Below are positions 1-14,072 of a DNA stretch of 64,000 nt, piece by piece (position 1 is the first letter of the stretch; the number at the start of each line of letters is the position of its first letter). The notes below the pieces were generated by a model. It was not told where the DNA came from. It saw nothing but the letters and a program-made list of their open reading frames with translations, and did no database searches. The stretch spans positions 28,458,001 to 28,522,000 of the forward strand of contig NC_043003.1 in NCBI RefSeq assembly GCF_006345805.1, given 5' to 3'. Both the position numbers and the translations under genes were made by a program. This DNA comes from Octopus sinensis (Eukaryota).

Positions 1-251
1 AATACACACGCACTCGTACACGATGAACAAAACGAATAATACATCAAATTTTTTTCACAAGGGCACCAACTTTGGGGGAGGGGATAACTCGATTACATCG
101 ACCCCAGTGTTCAACTGGTACTTATTTTATCGATTCAGAAGGGATGAAAAGTAAAGTCGACCTTGAAGAAATTTGTACTCAAGACGTAGTGATAGGCGAA
201 ATACTGCTAAGTATTTCGTCTGGTGCGCAAACGATTCTGCCAGCTCGCTGC

Positions 252-314
<63 letters not shown>

Positions 315-325
315 AAAAAGAAGAA

Positions 326-942
326 GAGAATATGTTATGAGCAGGATGAAACAGTGGATCACATCTTAATTGGATGCACAGCGCTTGCAAAAACCGAATA
401 TATTCATAGACATGATAGAGTAGCGCAATATATCCATTGGAAGATATGTAAACACTACCAGCTTCCAACTTCAGAAAGATGGTACCAGCATAAACCTGAA
501 ACTATGACAGTACTCTGAGACATGCCAATCAACACCGATAAACAAATCAAGGCAAACAGGCCAGGCATAATCATCAAAGATGGGAAGAATAAGAAATGCT
601 TAATGATAGATGTGACAGTACCATCTGAGAGAAATGTGTCCATTAAAGAAGTTGAGATGTTATTTAAAGACCTAGAAATGGAAGTGATCAAGATGTGGGG
701 AATGAAAAGCAGCACAGCACTAGTGGTGATTGGAGCATTAGGGCTAATTAAAAAGGGCCTTGATAAGCAACCCAACAAACTCCCTTGCAGTGTTAACGTG
801 GGAGGACTTCAGAAAAATAGTGTTGCTAGGTTCCGCACACAGTTTACGCCGTGTACTCTGCATGAGATGTGGAAATGCTGTGACCCTAGGGTCAAGAGAT
901 GACCTCGGTTCAGCAGAAGACAACATACCATATTTTATTTTA
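326..942 (+). mobile_element. 5'-truncated R4/Dong-like non-LTR retrotransposon (zinc knuckle plus restriction-like endonuclease), degenerate
   Basis: RICYEQDETVDHILIGC...HRHDRVAQYIHW...ANRPGIII...IDVTVP...VVIGALG, then a frameshift to KIVLLGSAHSLRRVL. One in-frame stop at 516-518. Flanked on both sides by (AAT)n. Confidence 0.85.
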
Positions 943-963
943 AATAATAATAATGATAATAAC

Positions 964-1031
<68 letters not shown>

Positions 1032-1187
1032 CCTTTCGGCGATAGGCATCAGGCCTGCAACATCGACCCCACTATTTCACTAGTACTTAATCGATTCTGA
1101 AAGGATGAAATGCATGTGCCAACGATTCTGCCAACTCACCGCCTTAGTAGTAGTAGTAGTAGTAGAAGTAGTAGTAGTAGTAGTAGT

Positions 1188-1222
<35 letters not shown>

Positions 1223-1521
1223 ACAACGTAATATAAATAAAATGTTAAATATTTCGGTTGCGTGACTTTTGGCCCATCCGGTCTGTATATAATTTTGCTC
1301 TAGCATGGTCGCTATGCTAAATATGTGATTTGGTGGTCGCTTAACCAATAGCAGCGTATCTTACCACTATCGTCAGGAAATTTCTCAGACTTAACTCATA
1401 GTTAAGTGCTGACTAACATGTTTAATATCCAAAACTAAAACATTATATGGTGACATTGACCCAGCGTTACCGCAATGCAATGATTGGAATGGGTGAAGAA
1501 ATGGAAGACAATGTGTGAATG

Positions 1522-1583
<62 letters not shown>

Positions 1584-1975
1584 GTGTGTGTGTGTGTGTG
1601 CGTGCGCGCATGTATTTCAATACAGCTCAGAAGCCGGAAGTGGAAGCCACATTCAACACTTATATACACATATGCACATACGCACAAACATACATCTACA
1701 TGTCACATCATATATATACATATATATACATATATGTGTGTGTGTGTGTGTACATATATGCACACATGCACATATAATTATATACGCATATAATTAGACA
1801 AACTAGCACACCCTTGTATTGATGTATTTATATATATATATACACACACATAGATACACATACACACGGGTGCACACATATATTTTTCGTGTATCTGTAT
1901 CTGTGGACAGACATTTTTCTGGACATTTCAACTGAAATATAAACATTATCAAAGCAGTTCTGGTTTTGATTACAC

Positions 1976-2020
<45 letters not shown>

Positions 2021-2531
2021 GCGCGCAATTATATGTTCAGTTTGTGTTTCGTCAATGTGAATACTTTTCGACTCTTTATTCTGTATTGATTTTCCATCGG
2101 TTATAAGTCAAAATCAGGGTTATTTACGTCAGGGTCTAATCGATCTGAGCCCATCTCTTATTTGAAAATATAGTTATTAGTCTACTGCTATTGTAGAACA
2201 GCCTTTGGCGTTTTGATTCCGAGTGAGTTATTTGTTTAGCAAAAACATCACATTTTGATATGCATTAGAGTGGCTTTCTGTGTTTCCTTGTTATTTGTAT
2301 GTTAGTGTGTATGTGTATATGTGTTTGTATATGTGTGTGTGTTTATGTATATATATATATATATGTATATATATACACACATATATATATGCATATATAA
2401 ATGTATGTCTATATACGTATATATATATGTGTATATATATAATTATATATATTATATATATATATATATATGAAGATATATATATATATATACTTATATA
2501 TATATATACATATATACATGCACACGCAGAT

Positions 2532-2592
<61 letters not shown>

Positions 2593-3595
2593 TATACATA
2601 TGTATGCACATTGTGTCATTCATATATGCATATGTATATATGTATATGCATATATATGTATATATATGCATATACATACATTCATATGTGTATAGATATA
2701 TATATACATATAGGGAGAGAGAGAGGGGTGGTGATGGGAGGGAGGGAAATAAGGAGAGAGCATTCAAAGCATAATTGAATAGGGAGAAAGTTGGTTTGAT
2801 GAAATGTTCTTTTGTAGCAAGAAACTACTTGTAACCACAATGCGTGATCTGTAATTCGTATTTCTATGCGTTTCTATTTCTTCCTTTTCTGTCCGCCGCT
2901 TTCTGTCTAGCTTTCTGTACACCTTCTCTTTGGACACGATTAGGAATATCAACGAAGCTTGTGTTAGACAAATAGAGGTAAATAATGATAGCTAGTCCAG
3001 TTGTATGTTAACTTGGACCAGATTCGAGAGCAGCTGATGGTAGAACTCAGCGGTTGTCGTGGTCGGGCATTATCGACAAATACGGGGTTCAATTTCTAAG
3101 GATGATTTCGTCCATTTCCCCCTTTTAAGATGTGCATATGAATACATTTAAATTTCGATCCTTCACACATACAGATAGACAGAACAAATTCACTGTGAAT
3201 TATCAGAGCCACTGGAGCGTCGCACAAAATACTTTGCCTCGTTTATTCCGATCTTCTACATCTGATTTCAAAGTGATAGGGTCCTCCCGGTATATAATTA
3301 CTAGGATTTCAGTAGTTAAATATACAAGCGCTGGGGGTGAAAACTGTTGTGACGTGCAATGTTCTGAGAGATTTCATTTTAACAGGAGTAACTAATTTTG
3401 ACATTATAGCGATTAAAATGTTTATAACTATGAGTTCCTGGTAAATGTTATCTAGTTTGATTTAAGAAGCTCCTATCTATATTGAATGGAAGATTAAACC
3501 TTGGCACCTGGTGCAAGTGTCTTCTACTATAACCTCAGGCCGACCAAAGCCTTGTGAATGGATTTGGTAGACGGAAAATGAAAAAAAGACCCTCG

Positions 3596-3627
<32 letters not shown>

Positions 3628-4829
3628 GTGTGTGTGTGTGTGTGTGTGTATGTGTGTGTATGTCATTGTGTCTGTGTTTGTCCCCCCATTATCGCTTGGC
3701 AACCGATAAAATGAGTACTAGGCTTATAAAGGATAGATCCTAGAATCGATTTCTTCGACTAATACCTTCTAAGGTATATATATATATTATATATATATAT
3801 ATATATATACAAATTGAGATAGGGGTTGTAAATGCAACCCTCCATGGGATAACATATATCCAATATACTGTTAGTGAAGTACCGAACAAAGTTAATATAC
3901 GGTGTTATTTTAATTATGTATCTTATGATAATAACGTACCTCGACTAGGTATAGTTGTCTGTGTGCTTGCATGTACGCATTTTATGGATATATGTGAGTA
4001 GATCTGTATGTAAACATGTGTGTGTCTGTGTGTGTGTGTGTGTGTGTGTATGTGTGTGTGGGCTGGTATCTCTTATGCTGCGATTTGTCTGTGTATGTGC
4101 GTGTGGGCACACGTTTGCAAGTGTACGTGTGTGGATGTTTCTCAACAAACCAACCGTAAAGAAGACAATTGTAATTTAAATTTAAATGTACAAGCCAATC
4201 ATATTTTAGCGCTAGATTCGTAACTATTTCTGAACGTAATACTGTATTTGTGTCACAATTGAAATTATAAATTTGAACTCGGATGTACATCTGTGCACCT
4301 GTGGATCTTAATATCATGTAAACAGAATGCTTTTATTTCATATTTTGTATGTATATGCAGATATTTAATGCTTTGCATGGTACTGTAGTACTATTATGGT
4401 CCTTAGTTATGCTACTATATTGCTAATAATGGGATCTATATATTGTTTTACAAGTATTAGTGTTATTAATAATAAGAATAATGATATTGGTAGCATTAGT
4501 GGTAATGATAATGGTAATGATGTTAACATTAATGACATTTTGTAAATTAATATGAATTAATATAAAGTACTCTTGACTCTGTATATCTGTATTTGGGTAT
4601 TAATATGTGTATGTTTTCTACATTGTAATATCTCAATATTAAGTTGAAAAACTGTAACATTGAATGTGGAACATATGTATGTTTATTGATTTATATTATT
4701 TATATTATTATGTATATGTATATGTATAGGAGTATGAGTATATGCACTCATATGTATATGTATATGATTTATTATGGGTATGCACCCACACTTATATAAG
4801 TGTATATGTAATTTGTTTTGTATTTCATA

Positions 4830-4956
4830 ATCTCCGAAGAGGCCTTAGGATATTTTTGTAAATGTCTCATTTATAACTACATATTGACCTACCACAAATG
4901 GCTAATATAAGTAAAATGAGACATACGTATCTGCATGGCCGAAACAGCTGTAAGAT
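4830..4956 (+). ncRNA. Type I hammerhead-like motif with long stem II insertion (U4C core)
   Basis: ATCT-CCGAAGA-GGCC-[92 nt]-GGCC-GAAA-CAGCTG-TA-AGAT. 4-bp stem I; palindromic stem III; an 11-bp helix inside the insert (4862-4872/4914-4924). Confidence 0.6.
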
Positions 4957-5163
4957 GTAGTTTATATTTATATTTATATTTATATTCTCTTATACATATT
5001 GTACTTATTGTATCATATTACTCCTTTATGTACACTGTTTTGTTCTATATTATTATGTCTGACCTTAAAGTTTCTTATGTGGTGGTTTAATAAAGTATGT
5101 GATTGGGTATTATCTAGTAGTTGATATTTGATTTGGATGTATTTCTCCATTTTCTTATTTTGT

Positions 5164-5189
<26 letters not shown>

Positions 5190-5196
<7 letters not shown>

Positions 5197-6150
5197 GTTA
5201 TTTTATATTCTGTTAAGAACTAGTAGAGTACAGTATAAAGCTCATCCAGCTTCAGATTTCAGCTTGTGCTATCCAGTAGTAATATTATACGTAGTTCCAG
5301 ATTTGAGTTTCTGTAGTATGTGAATAGATAATTGAAAATGTTGGAGTCAACAAGAAGGAGTACAGTCGGTCATTTATTTGTAATCACTACAATTGTTTCT
5401 ACGCAACGCAATTCTCCAGGCTTGCAGGTACTTGGTTATGCAACCGTTTCCTTGCATTATGAAATCTAGTTATGTTTCGTCGGGCGATATATATTGTCTC
5501 CGTAAATTCAAATTCTCGGCTTCAAGAGCATCCTATCTGCCTGTTGTGACCTGGAACTAGCAGTCGTCGTGGCACTCCGTCGGTTACGACGACGAGGGTT
5601 CCAGTTGATCCGATCTACGGATCAGCCTGCTTGTAAAATTAACGTGCAAGTGACTATGCACTCCACATACATGTATACTCTTAACGTAGTTCTCAGGGAG
5701 ATTTAGCATGACACAGAGTGTGACAAGGCTGGCCCTTTAAAATACAGGTACAACAGAAACAGGAAGAAAGAGTGAGGGAAAGTTGTGGTGAAAGAGTACA
5801 GCAGGGTTCGCCACCACCACCTGCCGGAGCCTCGTGGAGATTCAGGTGTTTTCACTCAATAAACACTCACAACGCCCGGTTTGGGAATCGAAACCGCGAT
5901 CCTATGACCGCGAGCCCGCTGCCCTAATCATTGGGCCATTGCGCCTCCACGGAGTTAGTAGTAGCCACCGAGTGTATCAAGAGATGTGTTGTGCCTGAAT
6001 GTCCGTTGGCAATTTGCTTTGAATGTGTGGATGTAGTGAAATGGTGATTTTGATACTGTTATAGCGTTTGTCGTTTTAAGGGATTGGCATTTGATTTCTT
6101 TCACCTGTTGATGTGTTCTTCATGGTTCGTTACACTTAGCTGACCTTTAA
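5190..6150 (-). mobile_element. Penelope-like element 3' region (decayed endonuclease end plus UTR), interrupted by a SINE
   Basis: 5190-5475 is the reverse complement of 33380-33660. 5490-5560 and 5951-6000 match 33268-33378 directly. Abuts (TA)n. The coding relic is weak. Confidence 0.5.
5564..5950 (-). mobile_element. tRNA-derived SINE, family C, full length
   Basis: Minus-strand head GTGGAGGCGCAATGGCCCAATGATTAGGGCAGCGGGCTCGCGGTCATAGGATCGCGGTTTCGATTCCC (A/B boxes). TSD-like ggaactagcagt / ggagttagtagt. The same tail occurs at 47450-47690 and inside the tRNA array units. Confidence 0.85.
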
Positions 6151-6402
6151 GAACATGCCTATGCGTACACATATACATACTTATGCTCGGGGACACACTC
6201 CCACACAGACACCTCCCACACACATTCACGCACCATCCCCACATATATACACATTTACACGCACACATGCGCTTACCTATACATTAGTAGTCCATATACA
6301 GACACACGCATATACGTGCAGACCGACGTAAGCAGATACACACGCGTATATATATATATACATACACACATGCTCATATGCATATACATACATACTTATA
6401 TA

Positions 6403-6466
<64 letters not shown>

Positions 6467-6666
6467 CTATATATATGTATGTATACATACATACACATAG
6501 ATGCATATACACATGCGTATACACTAGCGCGCGTTTGCATATACATCTACATATATACAATTATACATGAATGCACATACGTACACATATAATATCTATG
6601 TGGTTTATATTCCATTCGTGTGATAGTATAGGGAGAGATGGGGGAAGAGAAGGAGAGTTTTACTGA

Positions 6667-6734
<68 letters not shown>

Positions 6735-6764
6735 CATCATCATCATTATTCGTTGTGGTGTCGG

Positions 6765-7650
6765 GAAAATGTACATTTGGTGCAGTGTCAACATCTTGGG
6801 ATTTTCTCACTATGCTTGTTTAGCAGGTTTTCTTTACTTAACAGGGTATACAAAGCTTCTTCATGGCACAAGTCACATACCTCGGATAATATATCATATG
6901 GATGTGCGTTTTTTATTATTGACCATTCTGTTTCACATTCTATTTTTTCTTCTTTTAATCGCCATACTAGGTCCGCTAGTGATGATGTGCGTCGTTGGCT
7001 TATCTTTCGGAATGAGTTATGTTTGCGATAACAGACCTTGAATTGGTTTTCGGAGGCTCTTATGTAGGCATATTTATGTTGTGGTGTGGTGATTGTGCAT
7101 TTGTATATGGTGCTTTTTTTTTTTTGGCAAGCATAGGTTCATAAGTGGACATGCAAATTTATTGCGACAGCTGCAAAGATTTGCACTATTATTACTTTTG
7201 CTGTTATTTGTTGACTTTTTTCGTGATGTTCCGGTTGATTTACAGTGTTTGGAGTGTTCTTGATGTTATTGCCCGTTTTGGTTATTTTTTCAGTTTTCAT
7301 TTGGTTCCTATTATAACTGCCGGGGTCACTATCCTTGTTTTTATGATCCGTATCGTTCTGTTTTTTTTTTTTTTTGGTATTGTTCCTATATCCTGTGTTG
7401 TTTTGTTCTGTTTGTTCCGTGTTTATGGTCGTTGTTTGCATGTATTCTTTTGTATTGTTGTATTTGTGTATATAGTACTCCATGTTGGTGGATGTGGCGT
7501 ACGATACTTTCACTGTTTGAAGATACGATGACATTTATGTTTTTTAGGGAAGCACCTATCTAATGCTACAAGGAATTCCTTACCTATTTTTGATGATATT
7601 TGCAATCCGAAAATTGGGTTGTACCATAAGACCTCGAAATTTTTGTATTT
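6765..7650 (-). mobile_element. Penelope-like retroelement relic (post-RT domain plus GIY-YIG endonuclease)
   Basis: Minus translation VLWYNPIFGLQISSKIGKEFLVALDRCFPKKH...VSYATSTNMEYYIHKYN, an Asn/Thr/Lys-rich linker, then TIYKC...YAYIRASENQFK...LADLVWRLKEEKI..WSII..AHPY....CDLCHEE...LLNKHSE..RC*H. Contains stops and frameshifts. Confidence 0.8.
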
Positions 7651-7786
7651 TTTTTTTTGGTTCCTTTAACCTATTTGGTGTGTTGGTATTTTGTGCGTCG
7701 TTGTTGTTGTTGTTATTCTTTTAGGTTTTGTTTATTTTTTCCAATTTTTCCATTCTATCTTTGGTTTGTGTGTTTATTATATATAT

Positions 7787-7849
<63 letters not shown>

Positions 7850-8426
7850 GTGTGTGTGTGTGTGGTGTGTGTGTGTACGTATCGATTGCCATTTCGACTG
7901 AGATTACATAACAGTTAACCAATGCTTAGAACTCCATGTATATCCAAACGCCAATCAAGAATTAAGCATAACCAGCAAATCTACCCATCTACAATGGAGG
8001 TATAAAATGAAGGAGGGAAGTCATAACAACAGTATGTATTGGTAAATGTGTAAATGGATTTGCTAGATTACTGGGTAATGTCATAGAGAAATCACATTAT
8101 TGTTGGTAATACAACAATACAGCATTCTGTTGCAGCTATAAGACATATGTTTGCGACTAAGTGACATGTAATAATGATTCACTCCTGAACTGAAATATGC
8201 TCCTAGTCTCTCTGTATCATGAATGGTTATGTGGATCAGTCTTAACGAAAGCCAGTGCTTACGTCGACCACTACATAAAAAGTATTAAGAAAAAAATGTT
8301 ATTTTGATATACTTTTATTTAGTTGTTTACGCTATTTTACGCTTGTTTATACTCTTGTACATTCGAAGTTCACAAATTTCCTTATTTTAATTATGAATCA
8401 TATTCCTTTCGATAATATCAATATGA

Positions 8427-8760
8427 TTACGAAACTTCTTTGGAGACGATATTTTCTGTTTGGCCGACACTAATTTTCAAATTACTGGAGTCCGTTGCTC
8501 TACTCATAGCGACGTATAACTTACCGTGTGTAAACATCGGAGTGGGTAAAAATACACCTACATGATTTAAAGTCTGGTCCTGTGCCTTGTTTTCTGAGAA
8601 TGCGGAATCTTTAGGGTTGTAAAAAATCAAACTAAGACTTACCTCTCATTGTTCTGTGGGAATAATGTCTGGATATTCTGGTACCATGGATTATTTTGAT
8701 TGACAGAACTGAGATGCCAACAACAGCCGTTTCGAATCCTGCTCGAGACTGACACACTTC
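8427..8760 (-). mobile_element. Helitron RepHel PIF1-type helicase C-terminal relic
   Basis: NKAQDQTLNHVGVFLPTPMFTHGKLYVAMSRA...TENIVSKEV matches the NKSQGQTL..VG..L..P.F.HGQLYVA.SR...T.N.VY.EV ending of Helitron helicases. Confidence 0.88.
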
Positions 8761-8829
8761 AATAACCTCTAAATAATCACACACACTATATACTGACACA
8801 CACTTTCTCCATTTTATTTTTGCTATTAA

Positions 8830-9515
8830 CCGTCCTCGCGACCGCCTTCGTATCTACGGTGGGGCCACGAACTATACGATGAAAATTTAGAGTTTCTCGT
8901 GGTCGGTGAATTTTTAATAAAAATGTGAAGGTGGTTTATCAATTCAAAAATCGATATCCACGAAATAATCATACTTTCTGATAATTTAATATTAAAAACC
9001 TTCCTGACGACCGTTTTTCTAATCCCGAAAATTATCGTAGCCATTGGTCCAGCCGTCTGGCCGTGAAGAGGGAACAAAGAGACGGACTGAAGGACAGACA
9101 GACGGATATAACGCCCGTTATAATAAGATAGCAAATCTGCCCATCTACGATAGGAAATGAAGGGATAGCATCGCAAATCTAAACCTTCTAAATTCACGAA
9201 CTATACGGGGTGGGGTCCAGAGTTAATCCACGTCGCCGGAATTTTAAGAAAAAAAAACAAAGGTGGTTTGATTGATTTTGATTTTTGATTTTTCCAGTTT
9301 CAGCTAATGAGCTGTGGCCATGCTGGGGCACCGCCATTAATATAAAACTCAATATCCACTAAATAATCATACTTTTTCACATTTTTTTCGCTAAAAGCCT
9401 TCCTGATTACCTCCTTCGTAATTCCGAGAAGCATCGTGACCATTGGTTTAGCCGTTTAACAGTGAAGAGACAAACAGACGGAGAGACGGACAGACAGAAG
9501 CCCATTATAGTAAGA
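8830..9515 (-). mobile_element. Two head-to-tail non-autonomous Helitron 5' segments
   Basis: Minus-strand A|TC starts at 9128 (ATCTTATTATAACGGGC) and 9515 (ATCTTACTATAATGGGC), each followed by (TCTG)-type repeats and similar bodies. Same strand as the adjacent helicase relic. Confidence 0.6.
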
Positions 9516-9646
9516 TTTATCCACTGATTTCCTATCGATACATATGATTAATTTTCGGAGTGCATATCTGAGAGCAGTGTAAAACAAAAAGCACATTTGT
9601 TTTTTTTTCTTTAAAAAAAAAAAACAACTTATTATTATTATAGCAA

Positions 9647-10050
9647 AGGCAGCGAGCTAGCAGAATTGTTAGCACGAGGGCGAAATGCATAGCGGTATTT
9701 CGTCTGTTGTTACGTTTTGAGTTCAAATTCCGCCGAGGTCGACTTTGCCTTTCATCATTTCGGGGTCGATAAATTAAGTACCAGTTACGCACTGACGTCG
9801 ATGTAATCAACTTAATCCGTTTGTCTGCCCTTGTTCGTCCCCTCTGTGTTTAGCCCCTTGTGGGTAGTAAAGAAATAGGTATTTCGTCTGGCGCTACATT
9901 CTGAGTTCAAATTCCGACGGGGTCGACTTTACCTTTCATCCTTTTGGGGGTCGATTAAATAAATACCAGTTACGCACTGGGGTCGATGTAATCGACTTAA
10001 TCTCTTCCCTCAAATTTGAGGCCTTGTGCTTCCAGTAGAAAGGATTCTTA
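9647..10050 (+). mobile_element. tRNA-derived SINE family B with internally duplicated core
   Basis: ggcagcgagctagcagaattgttagc head; the core gaggtcgactttgcctttcatc...ggggtcgataaattaagtaccag occurs twice. The core resembles the Meta-type conserved SINE domain (from memory). Confidence 0.85.
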
Positions 10051-10337
10051 TTATTATAGCAGCGTAAATATAATCTTTACTATTTGCACAAGGTCTGAAA
10101 GTTTTTTGGCTAGTCGATTACATCGATCTCAGCACTTGACTGGTGTTTATCTTACTGACTCCGAATAAATGAAAGGCAAAGTCGACTTCGGCAGAATTTG
10201 AAACCAGAAGAAATGCTACTAAACAACATCTTGTCTCGCCATAGTGGAAGACGCTTGTCCAAGGTGCCACGCAATGGGACTGAACCTGGAACCATGTGCT
10301 TAGGGAGCAAGCTTCTTACCACACAGCCACTCATAAT

Positions 10338-10391
<54 letters not shown>

Positions 10392-10488
10392 AAAACAAAC
10401 GCATATATATGTATAGGTATGTGTATATTTCTTCATATATACATATGTATATGCATGTGTAAGTATGTATGTATGTATCTAGGTGTGT

Positions 10489-10544
<56 letters not shown>

Positions 10545-10814
10545 GTGTGTGTTTACTGCATAATTATGTCTTTGGAGAGATGAAATACGAATCGAAACAC
10601 GGCAGTCAGGTTTTTGACCTTAATGTCGAAAAAGACTAAATGAAATACTGTAACGTAGTTAGTTCGGCGCTTTTAAGTCTCAGCCTGTAATTCTAGCCAC
10701 AGATACTTCATGTTCAATTAGGAAGAGAAAGAACTTACCAATATGTGGGAGAATAAGACACAGTCATACGCCAGCGCCATCTATTGTATTACATTAACTG
10801 GTTTATACAAGATT

Positions 10815-11800
10815 TCGGTAACATGACTACTACCACCGTCGCCGCCACCACTGACATTACCACCACTACTACCACCACCACCAACAACATTACCTCCACC
10901 TCCACCACCATCACAGCAAACACCACCACCATCATCACCAAAGGCACCATCGTTAGCATCGCGGCCGCCACCACCAAAACCACTATCGTCGCCACCATCC
11001 CCATCACTATTATCACTACTACAATCATCAGTACACCAGTACCACCATCACCACTATCACCCCTATCACAACCATGATCACCATAATTACTACCACCACT
11101 ACCACTACCACCACCACCACCATCATCACCACTGCCAAGAGTTCCATCACCATCTCCACCACCTGGACAACCAAAAATGTCACCGCCACCATCACCACCA
11201 CCTCCTCCATCACCATCACAATCACCATCGCAGCGATCAGCATTGCATCCACCATCACTCACCTTACCACTTACCATCAGTCACACACACCAACACAAAT
11301 TTTAACCACACCTCCTCCATCATCCTCACCACCACCAACAACAACAACAACAACACATCTATCAACGCATCCACTCCCGCTGTCATTCCCACACTGATCT
11401 TAGACACTTCACGGCACCAGTATCACATCAAGGCCGCATCGCCACCATTCCCCCATCACTCCTACAGTTATTCTATTGTGCCACCACCATCCCCACCATA
11501 GCTACCAAACTTACTAATACCACGCTGAAACCCTACCTTGCTCTCTCTACTGCTCTCACTACAAATTTTAACCCTTAATCCTACCCCCACATGCACCACC
11601 AGCAGATCCACCACTACCATTTCAAGCACCAACCCATTTCGACTCCCTTTATCCTCTCGTTCACTAACAATGCCCTCATCACAATCACAACCATCATTTC
11701 TCCCATCACCCTCAACACGACCGCACCCTCTCCACCTTCAGCTCCATCCCTCCTCCCACAATCTTTATCGTTCTCACCACAAAAACGGAAGCAAAGACAT
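10815..11800. repeat. Degenerate (ACC)/(ATC)/(CAC) triplet low-complexity tract
   Basis: Runs of accaccacc and catcaccatc; the ORFs are only poly-T/H/P or poly-V/G read-throughs. Confidence 0.9.
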
Positions 11801-12414
11801 CAAATACTTCCTGATGCCATCGTCATTACAAATTCTTAATTATTACTAATATGTTCATTGTCCTCTCGACTCTTTCTAGAAATAGCAGTCAAAGCCCCCT
11901 CCCGAATAAACACCATCTTCTTTCAAAAAAGAAGTTTCCATAGTAAAAGTGTTTCGTTGATAAACTGCCGAAAAATACAAGCCACATAAGTTCTTTTGGA
12001 CCAAGACTGACCTGATAACAATAATGCATTAGATTCATTAGCTAGCATCATAATTAAATGTTTTAACAATATTAAATATATATCCAGTTTGATATTGTAG
12101 AACACTGTCCATCAAGTTCTAAATGTCTTCTGAAAGAATTTGAGAAAAAGAAATATATGAGCGTTAAATAGCATAACTTACACCGAAATTTGTATAATCA
12201 AAGGCTATCAAATTGCTTATATTTCATGAAGAAATACAGAAATGAACTTGTTGTACCCACGAGTAGCTACGATGGGGCGGTAGTTCATAATTATTTGCAT
12301 GTTACACATTGTATACACTGAGACGAAAAATATAAATACGGACATGATTACATTATTATAGGGCTGTACAAAAACGACGAACTAACAGTAAAGAATAATA
12401 ATTTCCTATACTTC

Positions 12415-12795
12415 GGCTGTGCGGTAAGTAGCTTGCTTACCAACCACATGTTTCCGGGTTCAGTCCCACTGCGTGGTACCTTGGGTAAGTGTTCTCTACT
12501 ATTGCCTCGGGCCAACCAAAGCCGTGTGAGTGGATTTCGTAGACGGAAACTGAAAGAAGCCCGTCGTATATATGTATATGTATATATATGTGTGTTTGTG
12601 TTTGTCCGCCGAACATCGCTTGACAACCGATGTTGGTGTGTTTACGTCCCCGTAACTTAGCGGTTCGGCAAAAGAGACCGATAGATTAAGTACTAGGCTT
12701 ACAAAGAATAAGTCCTGGGGGCAATTTACTCGACTAAAAGCGGTGCTCCAGCATGACCGCAGTCAAATGACTGAAGCAAGTAAAAGAGTAAAATA
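12415..12795 (+). mobile_element. tRNA-derived SINE family A, full length
   Basis: ggctgtgcggtaagtagcttgc...gggttcagtccc head; ccttgggtaagtg CORE-like segment; gtagacggaaactgaaagaagcccgtc; internal microsatellite; tail ...cagcatgaccgcagtcaaatgactgaa. Confidence 0.93.
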
Positions 12796-13323
12796 GTATA
12801 GTGTGAAATGATTTTAGGAGAAAACAATTGGCATGATGATAGATATTAGCCTAAAACTACACCTCCAACATCAACATCAGCCTCCACAAACTTAAAATAG
12901 TAAATTTACTTGACTTAACAACAAACTTAAGTACTGGTAAGTCCTACCTGAATCGAAAACAAAATAAAGACGCTCTCAAGTATAATAAGCACACTAACAA
13001 CGCACCCACATATATAAAACATCTTACAGATAACATATGCCAATAAATGGTACTCACACACAGAAACATATGTATGTGTTTACTTGTATGCATGCTTGTG
13101 TATCGTATACATTACGTGTATGTGTTAAGATAAGGATATTATTTTAAAGTAAGATTTAGAATTAAAAAACAGAACATTTACTGATTCTATACCGAGGGTA
13201 GAGTCAAATTTATAGCGAAGATCAAGTTTACGGGCACGTCAAGATTCGCCTGTTAGTTTGCTCAAGGCGTTACATGTATGAACGTCCTCCCGTCCGTCCT
13301 TCCGTACGTTTGTACGGATGCAC

Positions 13324-13354
<31 letters not shown>

Positions 13355-13852
13355 TGTATGTATGTATGTATGCTTAAATATTTGTTTGCTTCTTTGTTAT
13401 CAAATTTTGGCATAGGGTCAGCAGCCTTCGAGGGGAATGGGAAGTCGATTACATGACTCCAGTACTTACCTGGTACTTATTTTATCGCCCTCGAAAGGAT
13501 GAAAGGCAAGATCATTCTCAGCGAAATTTGAACTCCGAAACATAAAGATGGCGAAATTCCGCTAACCATTTTGCCCTGCGTAATTAACTCTTCAAACAGC
13601 TTGCTGCCTTATATCAAGTTTAATAATCTTTTCTCCAACTGGAACAAGGCCTGAAATTCTGCAGGTGGGGGTTAGTGGAGTGCATTGACTTCAGTGCTTA
13701 CTGTATAACTGATATTTCATTCAAATATACAAATGATAAATTTGATTAAATTTAAGTTTCGCTTCGCTGATCATGACTCAATATTATGGAATCACAAGTT
13801 TTTACTTTAATCTTGCGTAGATGTTTTGCGTTTATACAGGAAGTACAGTTCA

Positions 13853-14072
13853 AGTGAATATAATGTTTTTTTAGCTAAAGGGATAATCAGTGAATATAAT
13901 ATTTCTTAGCTAAGGCCCACTTATTGAAAAATACAAACCAGAACTTAACATAAATATGTAATGGAATTCACAAACTAAAAAAACACAAATAAAAAAACAA
14001 ATTTAAAAAACCTTAACTAAGAAATAGTATATACACTGATTATCCCTTTAGTTAAAAAAACATTTTATTCAC
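13853..14072. mobile_element. MITE/foldback element with ~60-bp terminal inverted repeats built from internal sub-repeats
   Basis: 13853-13915 is an imperfect reverse complement of 14011-14072 (gggataatcagtg / cactgattatccc motifs, repeated again at 14070-14084). Confidence 0.65.
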
